Positions 1 to 9,287 are shown, counted from the stretch's first letter. The stretch: DNA of 64,000 nt from Candidatus Eiseniibacteriota bacterium (GCA_963717935.1 CAVQXP010000004.1:448001-512000); one strand, 5' to 3'. Translations and numbers: made by a program. Notes: generated by a model not told the origin, from the sequence alone.

Positions 1-710
1 CTTTCGGCCCCCACCCCGACGACGGCGAGATCGGCTGCGGGGCAGTGCTGCGCAAGATGAAGGCGCTCGGGCACACGACCGGCATCGTGGACATGACGAC
101 CGGCGACATGGGCTGGGGCACGGTCGAGGAGCGGTTGGCCGAGTGCGACGCGGCGGCGAAGATCCTGCAGTTGGACGTGCGCGAGAACCTGGACCTGGGC
201 GACAACCGCATCGAGGACACCTTCGAGAACCGTTGCGCGGTGGCGGCGAAGATCCGCAAGCACCGTCCGCAGGTCGTCTTCGCGCCCTACTACAACCTGC
301 CCATCGGGCGCGGACTGGGGCACAACGACCACTACAAGACCGGGCAGATCGTGGCGAACGCCTACAACCTCGCGCATCTTCGCAAGGCACCGGTCGAGGG
401 CGAGCCGCACCAGGCGAAGGCCATCTACTTCTACTTCCTGCCACCCGGCACACCACCCACGTTCATCGTGGACGTGAGCGATCACCACGAGGACTGGATC
501 AAGGCGCTCGAGTGCCACACGAGCCAGTTCGCGAACCCCGGCCGGCCGCGCCCGGTCGCGCTGCCGGCGCCGACCGACGCGTTCATCGCGTTCGCGCGCT
601 ACTGGGGCTGGCAGATCGGCGTGCGCTACGGGCAGGCGTTCCTCTCGATCGCGCCGCTGCGCGTCGGCGACCCGCTCACGCTCGTGAAGGACGTGGTCCC
701 GCGACCGTGA
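1..710 (+). CDS. PIG-L/LmbE family deacetylase (BshB1-like), 5' truncated by window edge
   Basis: Frame from base 3 reads FGPHPDDGEIGCG (HPDD metal motif); later R..E...AAKIL, HNDH, and KALECHTSQF, all typical of PIG-L deacetylases. Confidence 0.85.
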   Translation, partial: FGPHPDDGEIGCGAVLRKMKALGHTTGIVDMTTGDMGWGTVEERLAECDAAAKILQLDVRENLDLGDNRIEDTFENRCAVAAKIRKHRPQVVFAPYYNLPIGRGLGHNDHYKTGQIVANAYNLAHLRKAPVEGEPHQAKAIYFYFLPPGTPPTFIVDVSDHHEDWIKALECHTSQFANPGRPRPVALPAPTDAFIAFARYWGWQIGVRYGQAFLSIAPLRVGDPLTLVKDVVPRP

Positions 711-1543
711 CGCCGCGGGCCGCAGGCTCTTCCCCCGCCGCGTCCGCCCGGCGCTTCGGCCCGGCGACCCTCGTCACGCTGCTGCTCGCGGCCGTGCCCG
801 GCATCGCCGGCTCCGCGGAGGCCCGGGCGACACCGGCGGACACGCGCGTCGCCCGGCTCGCGGACGAGTATCGCGACGGACTCCTCGCGGACCGGCCCGA
901 CCTGGCCTCGCGTCTCGGCGACCACCGCGGCGACGACCGGCTCGAACCGGTCACGCAGGTCACGCTCGCGCGGGGGGCCGCGCGGCTGCGCTCGCTCGCC
1001 GCGCGGCTCGACTCGATCCCCCGCGCCTCGCTCGCGCCGGTCGCCGCACTCGAGCGCGACGCGCTCGCGGCGCGGATCGCCGCCGCGCGGCACGAACTGG
1101 AGGTGACGCGCCGCTGGGAGCGCGACCCGGCCGCCTACGTCGACCTCGCGGGCGACGCCATCGCGGCGCTCATGAAGCGCGGCGCGGGTCCGACCTGCGC
1201 CCGCACCCGCGCGATGGCGCGGCGGCTCGCGCGCGTGCCCGACGTGCTGCGCGCGGCCCGCATCAACCTGCGCGAGCCGCCGCGCGCGCTCATCGAGGCC
1301 GCTTTGCCGGACTACGAGCGCCTGCTGCGCTTCTACCGCGGGGGGCTCTCCGCGTTCGGCGCGCGCTGCCGCGAGCCGCGCACGCAGGCGGACCTCGCTC
1401 AGGCCGACTCCACGGCGGTGCGGGCGGTCGAGGATTTCCTCGATTACCTGCGCGTGGACCTGCTGCCGCGCGCCACCGGCGCGGAGCGCGGGCCGGGCAT
1501 CCTGCCCGATTCGGCCCGCGGAGCACCCGCGCAAGCCCCGTGA
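707..1543 (+). CDS. Secreted DUF885-like protein, N-terminal half only
   Basis: GTG overlaps upstream TGA; signal peptide then P..ASRLGDHRGDDRL and RLARVPDVLRAARINL resembling the DUF885 N-terminus; about 278 aa. Confidence 0.6.
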   Translation: MTPRAAGSSPAASARRFGPATLVTLLLAAVPGIAGSAEARATPADTRVARLADEYRDGLLADRPDLASRLGDHRGDDRLEPVTQVTLARGAARLRSLAARLDSIPRASLAPVAALERDALAARIAAARHELEVTRRWERDPAAYVDLAGDAIAALMKRGAGPTCARTRAMARRLARVPDVLRAARINLREPPRALIEAALPDYERLLRFYRGGLSAFGARCREPRTQADLAQADSTAVRAVEDFLDYLRVDLLPRATGAERGPGILPDSARGAPAQAP

Positions 1544-1674
1544 GCACGACGCGGCCCGTCGCGTCCGCCCTCTTCGTTGACGCTCCCGCTGCATCGCGGC
1601 TAAAGTGCCGTGGCCACACGACCCGATACCATGGATGGTCTGGGCCCGGCGCCCTCGGCGCATCAGGAGGTTCC

Positions 1675-2673
1675 ATGCTGTTGCGCGCCTTGCGCGCCTG
1701 GGGAGCGTTGTTCCTCGTCGCACTGGTGGCCTGGCCGGCCATGACGGCCGACGCCGCCACCCCGGCTTCCGTGGACGCGGCGAAGAAGACCCCGGCGAAA
1801 CGAACCGTCGTCACGGGCACGAAGAAGCCGGTCGGCGCGAAGCAGGCGGTCGCCACGCGCCGCTCCAAGAGCCGGCGCCGCCGTGCCCCGGCCCCGCCAC
1901 GGGGCGGCGTCTACGCCCGCAACGCCGTGGTCATCGATCCCGCGACGGACGAGGTGCTGTTCGAGAAACAGTCGCTGCAGACCGTGCCCATCGCCAGCCT
2001 CACCAAGCTGATGAGCGCGATGGTCTTCCTCGAGCAGAAGCCGGACCTGAGGCGCATGGTCGACGTGACGCGCGAAGAGATCCGTGGCGGCGGCCACACG
2101 CGGCTGTGGAACAGGGAACGCGTGGCCCTCTACGACCTGCTCCACATGAGCCTGATGAGCTCCGACAACGTGGCCACGCGGGTGCTGGCGCGCGAATCCG
2201 GGCTGCCGCCGGGGGAGTTCGTCCCGCGGATGAACGAGAAGGCGCGCGCGATGGGCCTGACGAACACGCACTTCGCCGAGCCGACCGGGCTCGACGAGCG
2301 CAACGTCTCGACCGCGGTGGACGTCGCGCGGCTGCTGCGGGCCGCGGCGGACCACTACCTGATCCGCGAGATCACGACCACGCCGGACTACGTGCTGGTG
2401 GGCGAGTACCCCGGGCGCAGGCGCACCATCGCGCGTTCCCACCAGATCGTGAACACCAACCGGCTGCTGCGCAACAACCGTTACGAGTTCTCGTGCAGCA
2501 AGACCGGTTTCATCAGCCAGTCCGGCTACTGCCTGGCGACCTGGGTGCGCGATCGCGGCCGTGACCTGATCACGGTGGTGCTGGGCGCGCCGACGAATGC
2601 CACGCGCTTCGCCGACGTCGTGCGCCTGGTCCAGCGGACGCAGACTCCGAGCCTCGAGCAGGTCCAGCCCTAG
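1675..2673 (+). CDS. D-alanyl-D-alanine endo/carboxypeptidase, peptidase S11 (PBP7-like)
   Basis: AGGAGG RBS before ATG 1675; signal peptide; SxxK (IASLTK), SxN (SDN) and KTG motifs. Confidence 0.9.
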   Translation: MLLRALRAWGALFLVALVAWPAMTADAATPASVDAAKKTPAKRTVVTGTKKPVGAKQAVATRRSKSRRRRAPAPPRGGVYARNAVVIDPATDEVLFEKQSLQTVPIASLTKLMSAMVFLEQKPDLRRMVDVTREEIRGGGHTRLWNRERVALYDLLHMSLMSSDNVATRVLARESGLPPGEFVPRMNEKARAMGLTNTHFAEPTGLDERNVSTAVDVARLLRAAADHYLIREITTTPDYVLVGEYPGRRRTIARSHQIVNTNRLLRNNRYEFSCSKTGFISQSGYCLATWVRDRGRDLITVVLGAPTNATRFADVVRLVQRTQTPSLEQVQP

Positions 2674-2685
2674 CCCGGACCGTCG

Positions 2686-3489
2686 ATGACCCGCTGCCGC
2701 GATCCCGTCACCGCCCTGCTGGTCGGGGTCGCGGCGGGGCTCGCGGGCGGACTCTTCGGTGTCGGCGGTGGGATCGTGCTCGTGCCGCTGCTCACCGGCG
2801 TGCTCTGCCTGAGCCAGCACCAGGCGCACGGCACCTCGCTCGCCGCCATCGGTGCCACCGCGCTCGCCTCGCTCTTCGTCTACGGCACTCACGGCAACGT
2901 GGCCTGGGGCACGGCGGCGCTGGTGGGCGGGGCCAGCATGCTCACGGCGCGCTACGGCGCGCGCCTGGCCGCCCGCGCCTCGACGCGCGATCTCAGGCGG
3001 GCGTTCGCGATCTTCCTCGTGCTCGTGGCGCTGCGCCTGCTGTGGAGGGCGCCCGCGGCCACGGGCTCACCGTTCCACGGCCTGCCGCTGGCCGTGGGCT
3101 TCGACCTGCTGCTGGGCGCGGCGGTCGGGGTGCTGGCCGGGTTCATGGGCGTGGGCGGCGGCATCCTCGCGGTGCCCGCCTTCGCGCTGGTGCTCGGGAT
3201 GTCCCAGCCGGCGGCGCAGGGCACCTCGCTCGCCGTGATCCTGCTCACCGCCCCGGCGGGCGCGTTCGAGCATCACCGTCACGGGAACGTGGCCCTGCGG
3301 ATCGTGCCCTGGCTCGCGCTGGGCGCCGCGGCGGGGGGCCCGGCCGGTTCGTGGCTGGCGCAGTGGCTGCCGCAGGCGGTTCTGGCCCGCGCGTTTGCGG
3401 TGTTCCTGCTCGCGAACGTCGTGCAGCTGTGGCTGCGGCCCGGTTCGGGCGGAAGGACCCAGCCGGGCCGCGAAGGGACCGCGAGCTGA
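2686..3489 (+). CDS. TauE/SafE (TSUP) family membrane protein
   Basis: Two internal repeats GLFGVGGG..VP / GFMGVGGG..VP followed by A.GTSLA; hydrophobic throughout. Confidence 0.9.
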   Translation: MTRCRDPVTALLVGVAAGLAGGLFGVGGGIVLVPLLTGVLCLSQHQAHGTSLAAIGATALASLFVYGTHGNVAWGTAALVGGASMLTARYGARLAARASTRDLRRAFAIFLVLVALRLLWRAPAATGSPFHGLPLAVGFDLLLGAAVGVLAGFMGVGGGILAVPAFALVLGMSQPAAQGTSLAVILLTAPAGAFEHHRHGNVALRIVPWLALGAAAGGPAGSWLAQWLPQAVLARAFAVFLLANVVQLWLRPGSGGRTQPGREGTAS

Positions 3490-3568
3490 GCCCTGACGCC
3501 TTTGCGAGACACCCCGGCCTTCCGGGGCTCGGAGCCGTTCCCCGCGGCTTCTTGTGGTTCTTTATGGA

Positions 3569-3597
3569 TTGAACATCGCACGGCGATTGTCTATGAT
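3569..3597 (+). promoter_or_regulatory. Sigma70-type promoter, copy 1
   Basis: TTGAAC (3569-3574), 17 bp, TATGAT (3592-3597); hexamers and spacing conserved in copy 2 although the spacer differs. Confidence 0.75.
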
Positions 3598-3621
3598 TCT
3601 TCCGGTTTAAGTGAATTGCGC

Positions 3622-3745
3622 GTTGCCAGAGAGCAGCGCCATCGGGGTCGCCCGTCCTCGACACGGGCACGAGTCCACCGTGGGAACCGCAACCAGAGTC
3701 CATCCCCCAGGCAAGTCGGGACAAGGGTCAGGGGTCCACACGACA
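3622..3745 (+). repeat. Conserved 5' leader, copy 1 (candidate cis-regulatory RNA)
   Basis: 3622-3702 matches 5075-5155 at 78 of 81 positions; looser similarity continues to the RBS. Confidence 0.85.
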
Positions 3746-3779
3746 TCACAGTCCGCGCACTTCTCAAGGAGACCCCTCA

Positions 3780-4705
3780 ATGCGCAAGACTGCTATCACG
3801 CTCCTCGCATCCGGACTCATGGTGACGCTCCTCGTCGTGGTCGTGCCGGCGCTGGCCGGCCTCGGCGGGCACGATGAGACCATGGAGACCTACGCCACCG
3901 GCTGGAACGCCGCGACCGGTTCCGTCGCAACACCCGGTACCGTGTGCGCCGGGATCACGGGCACGCACCTGCTCATGACCGAGGTGGGCTGGCGTGGGCT
4001 GAACAGCAAGGCCCTGGCCGATTCGGTCGAGTTCATCGAGATCTACAACCCGACCACGGAGCCCATCGACCTCACGAACTACTACGTGTCGGACGTCAAC
4101 GGCTACTCCGCGTTGCCCGTGGCCGGGACGATCGACCTCGCCGGCACCTCGACGGACTTCGGGATGAGGTTCCCGAGCGGGGCGACGATCGGACCGGGCG
4201 CCGTCAAGGTGATCGCGATCGACGGTGGCCGCTGGAAGCGCGGCGTCGGCACCGACGCCGACTTCATGTTGTTCAACGCCGGCGGCGGCGCGACCACGGC
4301 CCTCCCGATGGTGGACGTCCACGTCAACGGCGGGACGACCTATCCGACCTACGGCGAATTGCTCAACACCGGCGAGTTCGTGTGGCTGTTCTCCTGGAAC
4401 GGCCTCGACGACCTGGTCTGTGACGTCGACCTGGTGGCCTGGGGGTCGCAGCCGGGCGACAACTGCCCGTTGAAGAAGACCGCGGCCACGTGCCAGGACG
4501 GGCCGGATGCGGACGTCACTGCCAGCTGCTACAGGGGGATCTTGGCCCCATCGTGACCCTCGCGACGCCCAGCAGCGGCTCTGGCACCCGCCAGCGCACC
4601 GGCCCCGAGGCCGGGGAGACGGCGACGGGCGGCAACGGCTGCCTCGACATCGCGGTCTCCGCGATCCACAGCACGTGGGGCAGCGTGAAGGCCATCTACC
4701 GGTAG
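3780..4705 (+). CDS. Secreted lamin-tail-domain protein with C-terminal STWGSVKAIYR; frameshift near 4535
   Basis: Signal peptide; LMTEV...EFIEIYNPTTEPIDL lamin-tail motif; one extra G in the G5 run at 4534-4538 joins ORF 3780-4556 to ORF 4490-4705. Confidence 0.75.
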
Positions 4706-4742
4706 GCCCCCCGCGCGGGTGACCGCGACGGGAGCACCTCAA

Positions 4743-4774
4743 ACGAAGGCCCGGCGGCGCCGCCGGGCCTTCGT
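4743..4774 (+). terminator. Terminator-like hairpin, copy 1
   Basis: Perfect 14-bp stem ACGAAGGCCCGGCG / CGCCGGGCCTTCGT, loop GCGC; weak U tract. Confidence 0.7.
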
Positions 4775-4810
4775 GCTGGCGTGCGGGCGGGTCCCGGCCG
4801 CCGCCCGGCC

Positions 4811-4945
4811 GGCGCGGCGGCTTCCGCAAGTGGTTCCGGGCCCGCGTAGTTGCGGCATCCCCGCCCGCGAACGTCATGCGATTGTGGACACGGTCGGCCC
4901 CGGGCGGAAAGACCCAGCCGGACCGTGAGGAAACGGCGAGCTGAG
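4811..4945 (+). pseudogene. Degenerate duplicate of the 3' end of the TauE gene (3357-3490)
   Basis: CGCGAACGTC...GGGCGGAA.GACCCAGCCGG.CCG...GCGAGCTGAGCC aligns with the last ~45 codons and stop of 2686-3489, with many substitutions. Confidence 0.7.
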
Positions 4946-5021
4946 CCTTGACGTCGCGCGAAACGCCACGGCTTTCGGGGGTTCCGGGCCGTCGTTCGCC
5001 GGTCTTTCCGCGGCTTTGGGC

Positions 5022-5050
5022 TTGAACATCACGCGAGGATTCCCTATGCT
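5022..5050 (+). promoter_or_regulatory. Sigma70-type promoter, copy 2
   Basis: TTGAAC (5022-5027), 17 bp, TATGCT (5045-5050). Confidence 0.75.
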
Positions 5051-5074
5051 TATCGCGGTTCAAATGAATTAAGG

Positions 5075-5197
5075 GTTGCCAGAGAGCAACGCCATCGGGG
5101 CCGCCCGTCCTCGACACGGGCACGAGTCCACCGTGGGAACCGCAGCCAGAGTCCACCCTCCAGGCGGATCGGGACGAAGGTCAGGGTCCACACGACA
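5075..5197 (+). repeat. Conserved 5' leader, copy 2
   Basis: Near-identical to 3622-3745. Confidence 0.85.
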
Positions 5198-5230
5198 CCA
5201 TGGTCCACGCACCACAGGGAGACCCCCGAC

Positions 5231-5998
5231 ATGCGTAAGATTGTTATCACTCTCGTCGCACTCAGCCTCGTCGCGGCCACGTCGGCGTTCGCCGCCACGC
5301 TCCTGAGCGAAAGCTTCAGCTACCCCGACGGGGGCCTCGTCCCGAACGGTGGCTGGGCGGTCTACAGCGGCACCACCACCGACATCCAGGTCGTCAGCGG
5401 CCGCGCCAACGGCTGGGGCCCGAATGCGATCGACGACCACGTGGCGTTCACGCCCCAGACGAACACGGTCTCGACCTACGCCTGCTTCGAAGTGAGCATC
5501 CCGGCCGTCGTGGGCGCGCCCAAGCCCATCTACTTCGCGGGGCTGAAGGATGCCGGCACTTCGCTCATGGTCGCGCGCGTCTACGTGCTGCCGATCGGCG
5601 AGGGCTGGACGTTCGGAATCTCGACGACCAGCACCAGCACGGCGTTCGGCGTGACGCCGTGGACGTCGACGCTTTCCTACGATACGCCCTACAACCTCGC
5701 CATCAAGTACGACGCGGTGGCGCAGTCCGCGACGCTTTGGGTGAATCCGGTGTCGGAGGCCAGCCCGAGCGTCACGGATGTGAACACGTACTACTCGTCG
5801 ATCGCGGTTTCCACGTTCTTCCTCCGCCAGAGCGCCTCGGCCGCCACGTTCCCCGCCCCGGGTTACCCGGGAACGGTTGACTGGGGTTTCTCGGTGGACA
5901 ACGTCGGTGTCGGCACGACGTTCGACGAAGCCTGTGTCGCCGGACCGACCCCGACCAACGCGAGCACCTGGGGCAAGCTGAAGTCCCTGTACCGGTAA
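5231..5998 (+). CDS. Secreted beta-rich protein with C-terminal STWGKLKSLYR
   Basis: Signal peptide MRKIVITL...AFA; LLSESFSY start and Thr/Ser/Val-rich jelly-roll-like body; tail shared with upstream gene. Confidence 0.85.
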   Translation: MRKIVITLVALSLVAATSAFAATLLSESFSYPDGGLVPNGGWAVYSGTTTDIQVVSGRANGWGPNAIDDHVAFTPQTNTVSTYACFEVSIPAVVGAPKPIYFAGLKDAGTSLMVARVYVLPIGEGWTFGISTTSTSTAFGVTPWTSTLSYDTPYNLAIKYDAVAQSATLWVNPVSEASPSVTDVNTYYSSIAVSTFFLRQSASAATFPAPGYPGTVDWGFSVDNVGVGTTFDEACVAGPTPTNASTWGKLKSLYR

Positions 5999-6033
5999 CC
6001 CGTCCGCGGGTGACCGCCCGAGTACCGCATCCA

Positions 6034-6065
6034 ACGAAGGCCCGGCGGAAACGCCGGGCCTTCGT
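6034..6065 (+). terminator. Terminator-like hairpin, copy 2
   Basis: Same 14-bp stem as 4743-4774, loop GAAA. Confidence 0.7.
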
Positions 6066-6225
6066 GCTGGGGGCGGGCGTGGGTCGCAGGCGCCGCCGGG
6101 TGGTAGAATCATGGCTGGATCCACGAACCGAAGTCGTCTGCCACACTCCCGACAGGGGGCCCGCCGTCCTGACCCCGCCCTGCCGAGTCTCCCCGAACCT
6201 CACCCCCGAAAGGCGGGCAGGAAGC

Positions 6226-8973
6226 ATGAAGAAGTGGGCCGGTCTACTCCTCGCTGCAGCACTCATCCTCCCGGCGCTCGTGCCCGCGCAGGCCCGGTCG
6301 GCCATCATCATCTCCGAGCTGTGCGATCCCAATCTCAACTACCTGACGGACCGCTTCATCGAGGTCGCCAACGCCGGCACGGACACGGTGGACCTCGCGG
6401 GTTGGACGTTGATCGCCGTGGGGAACAGCGTCGACATCCAGACCTGGCCCCTCTCGGGCCTGATCGCTCCCGGCCAGGCCAGGGTCTGCGGTAACTCGAC
6501 GACCGTCACCGGTTTCACGGTGGATTTCCCGAGCGCCACCTGGGCGACCAACAACGCCACCTGGAACGGCAAGGTCGGTGACGGCGCGAGGCTGGTGAAC
6601 GCGAGCGCGGTGACGGTGGACTACGCCGTCGTGCCCGGGACCGTCTTCGAGAACATGGACCTGGTCCGCAATCCGAGCATCTACGTGCCGAACACCGCGT
6701 TCACGGCCGCCGAATGGACCGCGACCGCCGTCACGCTGGCCACCGACGCGAGCCCCGGGACGCACGTCCTGAACCCGCGGCCGCCCGGACCGTCCATCAA
6801 GCTGGTCGTCACCGATCCGACGATCCCGCTGGCCGGCGCGGGCGTGAACGTCCAGGCCGCCGTGACCGATTCGGCCGCGACCATCACCTCCGTCACCCTG
6901 CTCTGGGGCACCAGCTCGGGCTCGCTCTCCAACTCGATCCCCATGCCGTGGCTCTCGGACAGCACCTACCGCACCGCGAGCCAGATCCCGGGTCAGGCCG
7001 AGGGCGTGACGATCTACTACAAGGTCCAGGCCAGCGACGCCTCGGTGACCAACCTCTCCGAGTTGAAGAGCTACGCGCTGGACTACGTCAGGACCATCCA
7101 CCAGATCCAGGGCGAGGTCTCGAGCTCCCCCTACAACGGCCTCGGGGTCATCACGCACGGCATCGTCACGGCGGTCTACCCGTCCTACTTCGTGGTGCAG
7201 GACGGGCCCGGTGCGTGGAACGGCCTCTGGGTGCGCAGCAGCGCGACGCCGGCGCGCGGCGACTCGGTCACCGTGCGCGGACTGGTGACGGAGAGCGACG
7301 TGCAGGGCCTCGCCGGCAACACGCTCCTGACGAGCGGGCTCGTGTTGAGCGACGCGCCGGGCGCCACGCTTCCCGCGACCGCCGTCGTCTCCACCGCCAC
7401 CGCGTCGACGGAGGCGTACGAAGGCGTCCTGGTCAAGGCCGCGAACGCGGTCTGCACGGACGCCGCCCTGGGCTCCGGGCAGTGGCTCGTGAACGACGGC
7501 AGCGGCGCCAGCCGCGTGGGCCCGCTGGGCTACGCCTTCACCCCGACCCTCGGCACGACCTACGACGCCACGGGGCCCGTCAACTACAGCGGCGGCGCCT
7601 TCATGATCGAGCCCCGGGACGCCGGCGACGTCGTCTGGGTGGCGGATCACTCCGCACCCGTCGTGGTCGCGCTCTTCGAGGAGAGCGACTCGACCCTGCT
7701 CGTGACCTTCTCCGAGCCGCTCGAGCAGGCCAGCGCCGAGACGCCCGCCCACTACGCCGTCGGCGCGCTGCCCGCGACGGCCGCCGCGTTCGACCCCGCC
7801 CATCCGGCCGAGGTCCTGGTCACCGTGCCCGGCATCCCCGCGGGCCCGGTCACCATCGTCGCCACCGGCGTGGCCGACCTGTACGCGAACGCCACCGCGG
7901 GCGCGACCTGGACCTTCAACTTCGTGGACACGCGCATCCCCGCGGGCTACTACGACAGCGCCCTCGGGTTGCGGGGCACCGCGCTGCGGGCCGCGCTGCA
8001 CGAGATCATCAAGAACCACGCCTCGCAGAGCTACGACTACGCGCTGATCGCCTTCCAGACCACCGACGTCAAGCCCAACCGCAAGGTCTGGGACGTCTAC
8101 TCGGACATCCCGGGCGGCACCCCGCCCTACGAGTACGACTTCGGGCAATCGGGCGGCGGGACCACGGAGGGCGACGGCTGGAACCGTGAGCACTCGTGGC
8201 CGCAGTCCTGGTTCGGCGGTTCGCTGCCGATGTACTCCGACCTGTGGATCCTGTATCCGACCGACGCCAAGGTGAACGAGTACCGCAGCAGCTGGCCGTA
8301 CGGCGACGTCTCCTCCGCGAGCATCACGTCGCTGAACGGGAGCCAGGTCGGACCGTGCTCCGACGACGGTTACACCGGGACCGCGTTCGAGCCGATCGAC
8401 GCCTTCAAGGGCGACCTGGCCCGCAGCTACTTCTACGTGTCCACCCGCTACTACACCGAGGACGCCGCCTGGCCGGGAAGCCCGGCCACGAGCGGCGCGG
8501 ACCTGCTGCCCTGGGCGAACACGGCCTACCTCGCCTGGCACTACAACGACCCCGTGAGCCGCAAGGAACAGTTGCGCAACGGCGCCATCTACGTGATCCA
8601 GCACAACCGCAATCCGTTCGTGGATTACCCCCAGTTCGCGGCGCTGCTCTTCGATTCGACCTCGAGCGCCGCCGTGGGCGACGAGCCGGCCGTGGCGTTC
8701 CGCCTGCACCAGAACGCGCCGAACCCGTTCCACCCGGCGACCACGATCCGTTTCGACCTGCCCCGCCGGGCGCCGGTCAGCCTGCGGATCTACGACGTGG
8801 CGGGCCGGTTGGTGCGCAGCCTGGTGGCGGGGAGCGCGCTGGAGGCGGGCCGCCACGAAGCGGCCTGGGACGGCCGGAGCGAGTCCGGGCAGACCGTCGG
8901 CGCGGGGCTCTACTTCTACCGCCTGCAGGCCGGAGCGTTCAGCGAGACGCGGCGGATGGTGTTCACGAACTGA
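6226..8973 (+). CDS. Secreted multidomain nuclease: lamin-tail + OB-fold/Ig-like + endonuclease I + FlgD-Ig C-terminal domain
   Basis: Signal peptide; IIISE..DRFIEV; TIHQIQG..SSPY; WNREHSWPQSW, FEPIDAFKGDLAR, QHNRNPFVDYP (endonuclease I); QNAPNPF...IYDVAGRLVR..WDG..GLYFYRL tail; TGnTAGAAT extended -10 at 6101-6109. Confidence 0.9.
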   Translation: MKKWAGLLLAAALILPALVPAQARSAIIISELCDPNLNYLTDRFIEVANAGTDTVDLAGWTLIAVGNSVDIQTWPLSGLIAPGQARVCGNSTTVTGFTVDFPSATWATNNATWNGKVGDGARLVNASAVTVDYAVVPGTVFENMDLVRNPSIYVPNTAFTAAEWTATAVTLATDASPGTHVLNPRPPGPSIKLVVTDPTIPLAGAGVNVQAAVTDSAATITSVTLLWGTSSGSLSNSIPMPWLSDSTYRTASQIPGQAEGVTIYYKVQASDASVTNLSELKSYALDYVRTIHQIQGEVSSSPYNGLGVITHGIVTAVYPSYFVVQDGPGAWNGLWVRSSATPARGDSVTVRGLVTESDVQGLAGNTLLTSGLVLSDAPGATLPATAVVSTATASTEAYEGVLVKAANAVCTDAALGSGQWLVNDGSGASRVGPLGYAFTPTLGTTYDATGPVNYSGGAFMIEPRDAGDVVWVADHSAPVVVALFEESDSTLLVTFSEPLEQASAETPAHYAVGALPATAAAFDPAHPAEVLVTVPGIPAGPVTIVATGVADLYANATAGATWTFNFVDTRIPAGYYDSALGLRGTALRAALHEIIKNHASQSYDYALIAFQTTDVKPNRKVWDVYSDIPGGTPPYEYDFGQSGGGTTEGDGWNREHSWPQSWFGGSLPMYSDLWILYPTDAKVNEYRSSWPYGDVSSASITSLNGSQVGPCSDDGYTGTAFEPIDAFKGDLARSYFYVSTRYYTEDAAWPGSPATSGADLLPWANTAYLAWHYNDPVSRKEQLRNGAIYVIQHNRNPFVDYPQFAALLFDSTSSAAVGDEPAVAFRLHQNAPNPFHPATTIRFDLPRRAPVSLRIYDVAGRLVRSLVAGSALEAGRHEAAWDGRSESGQTVGAGLYFYRLQAGAFSETRRMVFTN

Positions 8974-9273
8974 CCGGGACGCCAGGGCAGCGCAGACGGC
9001 GGGGGCGGTTGGAGGGTCTCTCCAGCCGCCCCCCGTCGCAGCGCCCCGGCCACGCCCGTGACACCTCCGCGGTCGGGGAGCCGCGCCATTCCCGCGCGGG
9101 GCCCACGGGGCGACACCGGCTGCTATCTATGCGCCCGCCGGCCGTGCCGGCTTCATCCTTCCCGGCACGGGACCGGCCGGAAGCCCGGTGATCTGCCGGT
9201 CATCCTCCCGACGGGACCATCCCACAACACGTTAGACCGGCTGAACGGCCGCGGCATCCCAAAGCCTGGCCCC

Positions 9274-9287
9274 GGCAGACGGCTTGC
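9274..9287 (+). promoter_or_regulatory. Sigma54-type -24/-12 promoter of lon
   Basis: GGCAGACGGCTTGC(A): GG-N10-GC with TTGCA, 97 bp before ATG. Confidence 0.6.

Noticed and set aside
3622..6065. Repeats as CRISPR array or integron attC cassettes
   Set aside because: Only two copies, kilobase spacing, no cas genes or integrase, and each unit has its own promoter
6244..8856. Long antisense or alternate-frame ORFs (also 21108-23210, 38905-40878, 57165-59693 and many others)
   Set aside because: Shadow ORFs expected at this GC content; Arg/Gly/Pro-rich, no motifs, overlap well-supported genes
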